From NCBI GenBank assembly GCA_045105515.1, contig JBGCDR010000379.1:1-13213 (forward strand): a stretch of 13,213 bases of DNA, read 5' to 3'. Below the pieces are notes generated by a model. It did not search any database. It saw only the letters and a list, made by a program, of their open reading frames with translations, and had not been told where the DNA came from. This DNA is from Oligoflexales bacterium. GTDB lineage: Bacteria; Bdellovibrionota_B; Oligoflexia; Oligoflexales; Bog-1112. Below are positions 1 to 8,016 of this stretch, piece after piece. Position 1 is the first letter of the stretch; the number at the start of each line of letters is the position of its first letter. A program made the position numbers and the translations under genes.

Positions 1-151
1 GCGCATGGGCACCCCCAAGATCTTTTGATTTTCCGACAATTATAGCCTTTTTAGAGAAACTGGGGAAATTCGCTAAAGATTATAGTGCTCTAAGCCTTAC
101 ATACAAAGGCGGCGGTGTGTTTCCAATCAGGCACTAATTAAGAGGGCTAAA

Positions 152-1273
152 TTGAAATTTATTGTACCTTTTTTTTGCATGATTATTTTTTGCCTATCAG
201 CATGTAAAACTAGCTTGCAAAGAAAAGCTTTGCCGAGTCGCGATTTTATTGCTGATCGCGAGCAAATAGAAGAAGACCCTTTAACAAATACTATGGATGA
301 TCTGCAAAAATCTATAGATGTTTATAAAGAATCTGAAGAATATACTGATCCAAAAACTGAGTCCGAAGAAGATTTCAATGAGATGGTAGATGCAGTTGAT
401 CAAGTAGAAAAAGAGGAAGCGGAGTTTCTGGCGGAAAAAGGCGAATTTGAAAAAGCTGAAGAACGTGCAGAAGAAGTTGAGCAACTGACCAATATTTACG
501 GCCCAGAAAGCGATGACGATTCACGTTCGATTAGAAAGTCTGGAATCTTGATGATCTCCTTAGGAGCTCTAGGAACATTGGGGACTTTAGCTGCTGGATA
601 CGGTCTTGAAGTAGGTTACCGAAGGCTGAAAAACCCTAGTAAAGCCTCCGCTTTGTCTGCAGATGGGCAAAAACAGGTTGATGATGTGATTGAAGTTGGT
701 AAGCAGTTGGGAAATCCTGAACTAGACAAATTAGTTAACAAATTTCGCATTACCAACCTAGCCATTGCAGGGATCCCAGTTGCATTTCTCTTAATGGGCT
801 CGTTACTAGTGAGCCAAGAGCAGCCAAGTGAGGCTATGGTGAATGCTTCTCAGGTTCTCCTGTACTCTGCTGGAGGCTTGGGAACAGCCGCTGGAGTATC
901 ACTCGCAGCAGTTGCTGCAAACCCCTCTTGGAGTAGAAGAGCTGTTGATGTTATTTCGCAAAAGTCTACTGATATTGCTGTAAAAATTACTCCAGGAGCA
1001 ATGCCTGGTAAAAAGCTTCCTAAGACAAATTCTCCTGGCACTATATCAGTTAAGAATACCCTTAACGATGAAGTTTTAACCCAAATGAGAAAATTTACCC
1101 TTGGATCTGGGCTTATTCTAGCTGCCTTGGGTGGAACGGTATTATTCTCAGGTTCAAAATTAAACCTGACTGCTTCTGAGGAAAGTCCTAAAGTACGTTT
1201 ATTACGTAGTATAGATCTTTTTTTCCACCGTCTACAGAAAATTGAAAGCGGTATGAAGCATTCAAAAAGATAG
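152..1273 (+). CDS. Hypothetical lipoprotein with acidic N-terminal region and about four Gly/Ala-rich hydrophobic segments
   Basis: 373-aa ORF with a TTG start preceded by AGAGGG (141-146). N-terminus MKFIVPFFCMIIFCLSA-C has lipobox LSAC (Cys18). Residues ~35-123 are very Asp/Glu-rich. Hydrophobic segments lie at ~131-152, 202-220, 235-256 and 316-333. No family recognised. Confidence 0.8.
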   Translation: MKFIVPFFCMIIFCLSACKTSLQRKALPSRDFIADREQIEEDPLTNTMDDLQKSIDVYKESEEYTDPKTESEEDFNEMVDAVDQVEKEEAEFLAEKGEFEKAEERAEEVEQLTNIYGPESDDDSRSIRKSGILMISLGALGTLGTLAAGYGLEVGYRRLKNPSKASALSADGQKQVDDVIEVGKQLGNPELDKLVNKFRITNLAIAGIPVAFLLMGSLLVSQEQPSEAMVNASQVLLYSAGGLGTAAGVSLAAVAANPSWSRRAVDVISQKSTDIAVKITPGAMPGKKLPKTNSPGTISVKNTLNDEVLTQMRKFTLGSGLILAALGGTVLFSGSKLNLTASEESPKVRLLRSIDLFFHRLQKIESGMKHSKR

Positions 1274-1318
1274 ATTCCTGTCTTCAAAAATTCTAGGCAC
1301 AATCAGAATGTAAAGAAG

Positions 1319-1348
1319 TATACAGCCAAATTTATTTTTTGGTAGAAT
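1319..1348 (+). promoter_or_regulatory. Putative sigma70 extended -10 promoter for the protease gene
   Basis: TG-G-TAGAAT at 1340-1348, with a weak -35 TATACA at 1319-1324 (18-bp spacer). An inverted repeat CCAAA-N7-TTTGG (1326-1342) sits in the spacer. Confidence 0.45.
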
Positions 1349-1392
1349 ATTTAGGTCGTGAGAAAGTGATTCTAATTATGGATGAGATTTTT

Positions 1393-2469
1393 ATGAAATA
1401 TCCCCTTACACAAGTATTGCTGTACCTCTTGCTTGGCATCATTAGCAATCTATCATATGCAAAACATCATTTTTCTCCACCTTCTTACCTACTTGAGGAT
1501 GAGAAAAATAGCATTCAAATTTTTGGGGATTTTTCAAGCAGCGTGGTCAATGTGAGCAACCTTAGGTATGCGCGTAATGGATTCTTTTCCCATGACGTTT
1601 CCGAGGTTCCTGCTGGCAGTGGTTCAGGTTTTTTATGGGATGAACAAGGACATTGTGTAACAAATTATCATGTGGTAAAAGGAGCGGATTCCTTGATGAT
1701 CTCCTTCAAAAATGGAACATCTGCAAAGGCAAAAATTCTGGGAGTTGAGCCTAGAAAAGATATTGCTGTTCTGAAGCTGACCGAGAAATCACCGATCTCC
1801 CTCAAAGGATTAAAAGTAGCAAACAGTGCTAAGTTGCTAGTTGGTCAGAAAGCCATAGCTATAGGTAGTCCTTTTGGTTTAGATCAAACTTTGACCACAG
1901 GTATTATTTCCGCCTTGGGTAGGTCTATTCCTGGAATTGGAGGAGTAACTATCAGAGACATGATTCAAACAGATGCTTCCATAAATCCAGGAAATTCAGG
2001 AGGGCCGTTGCTGGATAGCAGAGGTAAGCTTATTGGGATGAATACCATGATATTTTCGAAGTCTGGGGCTTCTGTAGGCGTGGGTTTTGCTGTTCCTTCA
2101 AACACGATATTACGTATTGTTAATCAAATTATTCGTTTTGGAAAGGTTAAGCAACCGGGTCTTGGAGTATCTGCTTTCAGTGATGATGTGGCAAATCGCC
2201 TCGGAATTAAGGGAGTCGTGGTTAGAGCTGTCATTCCTAATAGTGGAGCAGCAGAGGCGGGAGTCAAAGGAACCCAGAGAAATCGCAAAGGACAGATTAT
2301 CTTAGGTGATGTGATTATAAAAATAGATGATAATCGCATTCAATCTTATGACGATTTGTATAATGTCCTTGAAGGTAAAAATATTGGTAGTAAGGTGAAC
2401 GTTCAGGTTATTCGCGCTAAGAAAAAAGTTTCACTATCAATTAGATTGATGGATTTGAGCAGTGACTAA
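1393..2469 (+). CDS. htrA: HtrA/DegP-family (S1C) trypsin-like serine protease with a single PDZ domain, Deg1-like
   Basis: Motifs GSGSGFLWD, VTNYHVV (His), KDIAVL (Asp), AIGSPFGL and IQTDASINPGNSGGPLL (Ser), plus one C-terminal PDZ (LGV...AAEAG...GDVIIKID). I placed the start at ATG 1393 rather than TTG 1339 because it gives a signal peptide (MKYPLTQVLLYLLLGIISNLSYA) and follows GATGAG. The symbol is family-level only. Confidence 0.95.
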   Translation: MKYPLTQVLLYLLLGIISNLSYAKHHFSPPSYLLEDEKNSIQIFGDFSSSVVNVSNLRYARNGFFSHDVSEVPAGSGSGFLWDEQGHCVTNYHVVKGADSLMISFKNGTSAKAKILGVEPRKDIAVLKLTEKSPISLKGLKVANSAKLLVGQKAIAIGSPFGLDQTLTTGIISALGRSIPGIGGVTIRDMIQTDASINPGNSGGPLLDSRGKLIGMNTMIFSKSGASVGVGFAVPSNTILRIVNQIIRFGKVKQPGLGVSAFSDDVANRLGIKGVVVRAVIPNSGAAEAGVKGTQRNRKGQIILGDVIIKIDDNRIQSYDDLYNVLEGKNIGSKVNVQVIRAKKKVSLSIRLMDLSSD

Positions 2470-3263
2470 AGGAACTGTTCCTGGGATAACTTGTCACCAA
2501 TTACCCAGAAAGATGGATTTATCATTTTCAGTAAACTGTAGGTCAGGTCAGTGTGAGCTTCGGTTACCACCTTACCTCCAGCTTCACTAACAATACAATG
2601 CCCTGCACCTGTATCCCAAATATGAGTAGGGCCTTTTCGCACGTATAGATCAGCAATTCCTTCGGCAATCTGACAAAATTTGTAAGAGCTACCAATTGGC
2701 CTTATGCTTACTCCTGGCCATTCGGCCTTGAAGTGTTCTAAATCTTCTGCTTGATGCCTTCTGCTTATTAGGAGGGTAAAGTCACTTGTGTCAAAAGGTT
2801 TACAACTAAGCCTGCTAATTTGGCCATTTTCAGAAATTTTAAAAGCCCCTTGACCTTTTATTGCATAGTAGGACTTTTTAAAAACCGGTAAGTAAATCAC
2901 CCCAAGCAGTGGGATTTTGTTTTTAATTAAGGCAATATTTACGGTAAATTCATCGGTTTTTGCTATGAATTCTTTGGTTCCATCAAGGGGATCAACTAAC
3001 CAATATGGATCGGTTGTGTCTTTGAATTTCCCAGATAAGTCACCTTCTTCGGAAATAACTTGGAAGCTATCAAGTTTACTAAGGTATTGATATATATGCT
3101 GATGGGCAGCTTCATCTGCTACGGTTACGGGTGAGTTATCGGTTTTTAACTTCACCTTAAGGTTATCATCTTTGTAATGAGCTAAAATGATTTCTCCTGC
3201 CTCTTGTGCACAGGAAAGAACAGGCTTTAAGTAAGAAGTCAGGGGAATTTCACAGTTGCTCAT
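2466..3263 (-). CDS. cysQ: 3'(2'),5'-bisphosphate nucleotidase CysQ (inositol monophosphatase superfamily)
   Basis: Motifs KTDNSPVTVAD, ISEE, YWLVDPLDGTKEFI, EFTVNIALI, GSSYKFCQIAEG.AD.Y.R.GPT..WDTGAG. Shine-Dalgarno (SD) AAGGA overlaps the RND stop codon. Confidence 0.93.
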   Translation of the reverse strand: MSNCEIPLTSYLKPVLSCAQEAGEIILAHYKDDNLKVKLKTDNSPVTVADEAAHQHIYQYLSKLDSFQVISEEGDLSGKFKDTTDPYWLVDPLDGTKEFIAKTDEFTVNIALIKNKIPLLGVIYLPVFKKSYYAIKGQGAFKISENGQISRLSCKPFDTSDFTLLISRRHQAEDLEHFKAEWPGVSIRPIGSSYKFCQIAEGIADLYVRKGPTHIWDTGAGHCIVSEAGGKVVTEAHTDLTYSLLKMINPSFWVIGDKLSQEQFL

Positions 3264-3272
3264 TTTGTTTCC

Positions 3273-6200
3273 TTAACTGATTTTTTTGAGTTGGATATTA
3301 AACACCTTTCCTAAAGGGTTCAATGCAGCAATAAACAAATTTAGCAAATCTTTACGGATTAAATACAATGCAGGAACAATGAGAAGAATCAGCACTGTAG
3401 AGAACATCAGGCCATAAGCTAATGCCATGGCAGCTGGTTTGAGAAAGGCATCCTGTCCCCCTACTCCGTAAACTAAGGGTAGAAGTCCTAAAATAGTTGT
3501 TACGCTAGTAAGCCAGACAGCACGAAATCGCCGTTTTCCAGCATAAAGGGTAGCTTCAAAGCTAGTCATGTCCCTCTGTCTAGCTTTGTTTATAAAATCG
3601 ACTAGTACTATAGAGTCATTTACCACAACGCCAGATAGGCCAATCACACCAATGAGTGCCAAAAAGCTCAAGGGAAGTTGGTGGAAGTAAAAAGACAGAA
3701 TCACTCCAATAATTCCGAAAGGAATGGCCATCATTACCACGAAAGGTTGTGTCAGGCTTTTGAACTGGGCTGCTAAAATTATAAATATCATAACCGCTGC
3801 AGATAAAAAAGCATAACTTAGACTTTTCATGCTTTTGCTAGTATCTTCATATTCTCCTCCTCTTTCAAAGGTAAGCTGTGGATATTTTTTGTTTAAAGCA
3901 AGCAATGGTGGTCCCATGGATTTATTGATTTCGTTGCTACTTATTAGACTTTCATCTAATGCAGCTGTGATGGTGATCACCCTTGACCCATTGCGATGTT
4001 TGATGGAAGAGATTCCCTTGCTTTGGTGAAATTGAGCAATTTGATCTAGTGGTACCAGGTTTCCAAGTTTATTCATAATCACAGATTGTTTTAAATCTGC
4101 TAAGTCTGCAGTTGATTTCTCTAGGAGTTTTATTCTTAAAGGAATTTTTTCGCCATTTTGGTGTATGTGGCTTGCTACCTCTCCTTCTATAAATGCTCTA
4201 ATTCGGCTGCCAATGTCTCTGGTGCTTAGAAAAGAGCGGCTAGCTTCTTCTTCTATGACTCTGATCTGTAGTTCATCTTTTCCAGGTAGGAAGTCTTCAG
4301 AGATATCACTAATTCCGGATTGTTTGGCCAAGATGGTGCTGATCTCAGATGCAGCCATATTCATGACTTCGAATTGGTCTCCGTAGATGCGAATAGCCAC
4401 TGGTTTGCCTACTGGGGGGCCTATTCTCTGACGGGAGAAATAAACTCTTTGCGCATTCTGCTGGCTAGCAAGTGCTTCGATATCTGGTCTAATTGCCTGA
4501 ATGACTTCATCTACTGTGCGAGAACGGTCACTTTCTGGACTTAGATAAACACCTACCTGCCCTACATGGCTTGCCCTAGCCTTAAGAGGGTCCATGTGAT
4601 CAACTTGCTGGAGTCCTGAATAAGTTACTAAATCTTTGAGTTCACTAGCTGGCAATTTGTTTCTTATATATTTTTCAAAGGGAACTAGCTTTGCTTCAGT
4701 CTCTTCAATAGTAGCTCCCGAAGCATAGTCGAGTCTTACAAAGAAAAATTCAAGACCTTCATTGGGAAATAAAATCACTTTCATGAAGCTATTTTGAAGA
4801 TAAAAGGTGGCTAAAAGTGTGCCTAGGATGAGTGCTAACGCAAGGTACCTAGCTTTCAAAGTGAAATATAGTATCCTTTCATATATTCTAAGACAGGATT
4901 CCATAAGTCCTGATTCTTTTTTTATAGGTTCAAGTTTGTCTTTGTTTTTTTGTTTTCTTCGATGATGGTTAAAGCGAAGCATCTCGTAAGCATGGCTAGG
5001 TAGGATAAACATAGCTTCAATTAAACTAATGACTAGGCTTATCATAACCACTTTAGGTAAAGACTCTAAAAACTTTCCAAAGATTCCATAAATCATGAGA
5101 AGAGGAGAAAAAGCAGCGATGCTTGTCAATATCGTGGCCGTTACAGGTAAAAAAACTTCTTTGGTTCCGTCTATTGCTGCATCCCAAGGACTTTTACCCT
5201 GTTCGTAATGTTGCCAGATGTTCTCAGCAACGATGATTGCATCGTCAACTAGCATGCCTAGGACTATGACCAAAGCAAATAGGCTTAAAAGGTTAATTGT
5301 GATTCCCATCCACTGCATGACTAAGATCGCTCCAAGCAACGCGACAGGCATTCCGAGGGCAGCAACGAGTGCAATGCCTCTAGAGAGGAATAGGAGAAGG
5401 GCTACCATAACCAGAATCATTCCCATGATTCCATTATTAATTAATACCCCCAAGCGATTTTTTACAAATACGCTCATATCATTGACGAAGGAAGCTTGTA
5501 ATTCAGAGTATTCCGGTTTCTGTTTAAGTTCTTTAATAAGCCCTCGAATATCATTCACAAGGTTGACAATATCTCCGTTTGGCTTTTTTCTGATGATCAG
5601 ATTTATTGATGCTTTCCCGTTTGTACGAAAACTTTCAAGGTTTTCTTCAAAAGCTGCACTAGTGTGGCCAATATCACGTATTCTTAATTTACTGCCAGAA
5701 GAATTGGTTCTTAAAATTACCTGATCTATTTCTTCTGCAGTCTTTATTTCTCCAATTGTACGAATTAATAAATCTCCCTGTGGAGTCTTAAGCACACCTC
5801 CAGGTAAATTTAAATTCTTGTTTGCTAGTGTAGCCATGACTTCTAAAAGGCCTACATGAAAATTCTTCATTTTTCTAGGATCTACTTCGAGCCAAAATTC
5901 CCGTTTCTTAAAACCATAGGCTATAGGAGACTTTGCATCTGGGAGTTTTTTAATTCTTTCTTGAATTTCTTGAGCAATACGATGGAGCTGGTCGTAGCTC
6001 ATCGGCCCTGTTAATCCAAGCTCCATAATTGGTAGAGCACCACTATCGAGTTGGGTTACATCAGGTGGGTAGGGTAGAGTTTTGGGAAGGTCTTTGACCA
6101 AATCCACTGCGCTGTGGATTTGGTTTACAGTTTTATTTTTATCTTCAGACGAGAGTTCTGGATTTAACTTGATAACTATTAAACTGACATTTTCGATTGA

Positions 6201-6452
6201 GTGAGAATAAAATTCTTCTATTCCTTCGACATTTTCTATTTCTTCTTCTAGTGGATTGGTGACTTGAAGTTCAACCTCTTTTGGGCTTGCGCCCGGATAA
6301 ACGGTACGAACGGTGAGTGTATCAAAATCGACCCCAGGAAATGCCTCACGATGGGTTTCTAACGCAGCTATGATACCGGCCACAATTGTTGCTAGAGTTA
6401 TCAAATTAAGGAGCAGTGAGTTTTTAAGACAAAATTCAATGATTTGTTTCAT
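3273..6452 (-). CDS. RND efflux transporter permease subunit (AcrB/AcrD/AcrF family)
   Basis: About 1059 aa with two repeats of TM + large periplasmic domain + 5 TM. Motifs REAFP, YPGASPKEVE..VTNPLEE, TM4 LGMLVDDAIIVAENI, TM10 GVVVNDSIVLVD and TM11 RFRAVWLTSVTTILGLLPL. Preferred start ATG 6452 (MKQIIEF) overlaps the upstream tolC-like stop; the ORF track extends to 6476. Confidence 0.96.
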   Translation of the reverse strand: MKQIIEFCLKNSLLLNLITLATIVAGIIAALETHREAFPGVDFDTLTVRTVYPGASPKEVELQVTNPLEEEIENVEGIEEFYSHSIENVSLIVIKLNPELSSEDKNKTVNQIHSAVDLVKDLPKTLPYPPDVTQLDSGALPIMELGLTGPMSYDQLHRIAQEIQERIKKLPDAKSPIAYGFKKREFWLEVDPRKMKNFHVGLLEVMATLANKNLNLPGGVLKTPQGDLLIRTIGEIKTAEEIDQVILRTNSSGSKLRIRDIGHTSAAFEENLESFRTNGKASINLIIRKKPNGDIVNLVNDIRGLIKELKQKPEYSELQASFVNDMSVFVKNRLGVLINNGIMGMILVMVALLLFLSRGIALVAALGMPVALLGAILVMQWMGITINLLSLFALVIVLGMLVDDAIIVAENIWQHYEQGKSPWDAAIDGTKEVFLPVTATILTSIAAFSPLLMIYGIFGKFLESLPKVVMISLVISLIEAMFILPSHAYEMLRFNHHRRKQKNKDKLEPIKKESGLMESCLRIYERILYFTLKARYLALALILGTLLATFYLQNSFMKVILFPNEGLEFFFVRLDYASGATIEETEAKLVPFEKYIRNKLPASELKDLVTYSGLQQVDHMDPLKARASHVGQVGVYLSPESDRSRTVDEVIQAIRPDIEALASQQNAQRVYFSRQRIGPPVGKPVAIRIYGDQFEVMNMAASEISTILAKQSGISDISEDFLPGKDELQIRVIEEEASRSFLSTRDIGSRIRAFIEGEVASHIHQNGEKIPLRIKLLEKSTADLADLKQSVIMNKLGNLVPLDQIAQFHQSKGISSIKHRNGSRVITITAALDESLISSNEINKSMGPPLLALNKKYPQLTFERGGEYEDTSKSMKSLSYAFLSAAVMIFIILAAQFKSLTQPFVVMMAIPFGIIGVILSFYFHQLPLSFLALIGVIGLSGVVVNDSIVLVDFINKARQRDMTSFEATLYAGKRRFRAVWLTSVTTILGLLPLVYGVGGQDAFLKPAAMALAYGLMFSTVLILLIVPALYLIRKDLLNLFIAALNPLGKVFNIQLKKIS

Positions 6453-7947
6453 GTTGTCTTTCTGAAGGATAAGCATGGCAGATTAATCGAATACGAGCCT
6501 CAGACTCTCTGGCATCTGCTAGAGCTTTTACGGCATCCATTTTAGCACCTAGAATATCGATCCGATAACGTATTGCAGCGATTTCATCGCTTCTTGCTTG
6601 GCTTATTCTTTTTCTTTCTTCTTTTAGAAGAGCGGCTAGTGAAGATTCGTGGGACTTTGCCTGTTTGTATAGCTGATCTGCTGAATTTAAAGCTAACCAC
6701 GCAAGTTCTACATCTCGTTTTATGTAGTGGATGCTTAACGACTTTTTATGTTCGATTTCATTAAGTCCAGCTAAAACTTGTTCTTCTTCAGCACGGAAAG
6801 AATTTTGCCCAAGGGGGACCGCAAGCTTTAATCCAACCGTGTATTTAGGGTGCTTTAACTCTGAAACTGCCTCAGTTGCTTCCTCTTCAAGTCCATTGAT
6901 GGTGGCAGAGCCAAATAAATTAACGCTCATAGACTTTTGTTCTTTTGCAAGATCGAGTTGGGCGCGCAAAGGATTTACAGAATCTGAGAGCATTGCTAGA
7001 TCAAAACGTTTTTCTAAGGCAGTTTGGATTAATTTTTTACTGGTTGCTGCAGGCAGTGGAATGGCTGGGCGGGTGAGAGGAAAAGTTTCAAACGATACAC
7101 TCTGAGGCATTGATTTGGAATACAAACGAAATGAGAGCTGTTTTTCAATGTTTTTAATAGCGAGTTTAATGTTGAGGAGTTGCCCTCCTACCTTAACTAC
7201 CTGAGCTTTAGCTTCAGCAACATCTAGCTGCTCAGCCCTGCCATAGGTATCCCTCTTGGACATTAGCTGGTAAAACTTTTCACTTAGCTGAGTCATTCTT
7301 TGAATGAGACGTTCTTGCTCACGTAACTGAGACAGTTTGACAAAAAGGAGCTCTGTTTCACCTTGGATTTGCTGCTCTTTCATAAACCGTTGGTATCTAG
7401 GCGGAATAGCTGAGCCTCGCAAAATGATTTGCTGCAAATCTAGTTCCTTAGCAAGCCAGTTGCGCCACAAAGCTTGAGAGAATTCAATACTTAAGCTCGA
7501 CTGGTGTTGAGGGTTTAGAGAAAAACTATCAGGAGGATTATAAGCATCAATTTCGATTCCAGGAGAGATGACAACAGGAGGAGAGGGAGTGGGGAATTCT
7601 AGCTCAGTATTCTGGTAGTTCAAACCCAGCTTTATACTGCTCCCTAGACCAGTGAATTTTTGCCACGAGAGTTCGTGGGACGTAGTAGTTAACTTTTCAT
7701 AAGAATTGGTTTGTGATTTAGAGCGGTCGGTGGAGTGTGAGCTAGTCCATGCTAGTTCAGAATCATAGGCTCCGAGAACTTTTTGCGCCCTCGCCGTCGC
7801 TTGGTTTTCTTGCTCCCTCAGTTCAGCTAATTCAAGGTTTTGCCGTCTTACTAGCTTCAAGCCTTCACTTAGGTTTACTGCTAACAACTTAGGCGTCTCA
7901 AGAATTTGGTGCAGCACAAAGATGAGCAATAGCAGGGATCTGAGCAT
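6436..7947 (-). CDS. TolC-family outer membrane efflux protein
   Basis: Signal peptide MLRSLLLLIFVLHQILETPKLLA, then the outer membrane factor (OMF) pattern: LSEGLKLVRRQNLEL, beta strands (LSIEFSQALW; YTVGLKLAVPLG), YGRAEQLDVAEAKAQ, LIQTALEKRFDL and long helices. Start ATG 7947 has SD AGAGGAA (7956-7962); the ORF track extends to 8073. Confidence 0.88.
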   Translation of the reverse strand: MLRSLLLLIFVLHQILETPKLLAVNLSEGLKLVRRQNLELAELREQENQATARAQKVLGAYDSELAWTSSHSTDRSKSQTNSYEKLTTTSHELSWQKFTGLGSSIKLGLNYQNTELEFPTPSPPVVISPGIEIDAYNPPDSFSLNPQHQSSLSIEFSQALWRNWLAKELDLQQIILRGSAIPPRYQRFMKEQQIQGETELLFVKLSQLREQERLIQRMTQLSEKFYQLMSKRDTYGRAEQLDVAEAKAQVVKVGGQLLNIKLAIKNIEKQLSFRLYSKSMPQSVSFETFPLTRPAIPLPAATSKKLIQTALEKRFDLAMLSDSVNPLRAQLDLAKEQKSMSVNLFGSATINGLEEEATEAVSELKHPKYTVGLKLAVPLGQNSFRAEEEQVLAGLNEIEHKKSLSIHYIKRDVELAWLALNSADQLYKQAKSHESSLAALLKEERKRISQARSDEIAAIRYRIDILGAKMDAVKALADARESEARIRLICHAYPSERQHETNH

Positions 7948-7986
7948 CGTATTTCTTCCTCTAATTAGCACTTTAGCTCTTTGTAT

Positions 7987-8016
7987 ATTATAAAAACTCT
8001 TTTCAAAGGCAGTAAA
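7987..8016 (-). promoter_or_regulatory. Putative sigma70 promoter for the tolC-RND-cysQ operon
   Basis: Minus-strand TTTACT (8016-8011), N18, TATAAT (7992-7987), about 40 bp upstream of ATG 7947. Confidence 0.45.

Noticed and set aside
850..1302. 150-aa minus-strand ORF (and 281..484)
   Set aside because: Antisense shadows of the lipoprotein gene, with no recognisable motifs.
1339..1392. N-terminal extension of the protease ORF from TTG 1339
   Set aside because: It overlaps the predicted extended -10 element. ATG 1393 gives a cleaner signal peptide (ATG 1378 is not fully excluded).
2087..2339. Short ORFs inside the protease gene; likewise 9161..9640, 10700..10984 and 12837..13019 inside other genes
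   Set aside because: Nested in well-supported CDSs, short, and with no independent evidence.
5218..5724. 168-aa plus-strand ORF, plus 3829..4029, 4165..4386 and 4320..4544
   Set aside because: All lie antisense within the clearly genuine RND gene and are typical shadow frames.
6573..7105. Plus-strand ORFs of 63 and 124 aa
   Set aside because: Antisense to the tolC-like gene. They bear no resemblance to a membrane-fusion protein, so they do not supply the missing adaptor.
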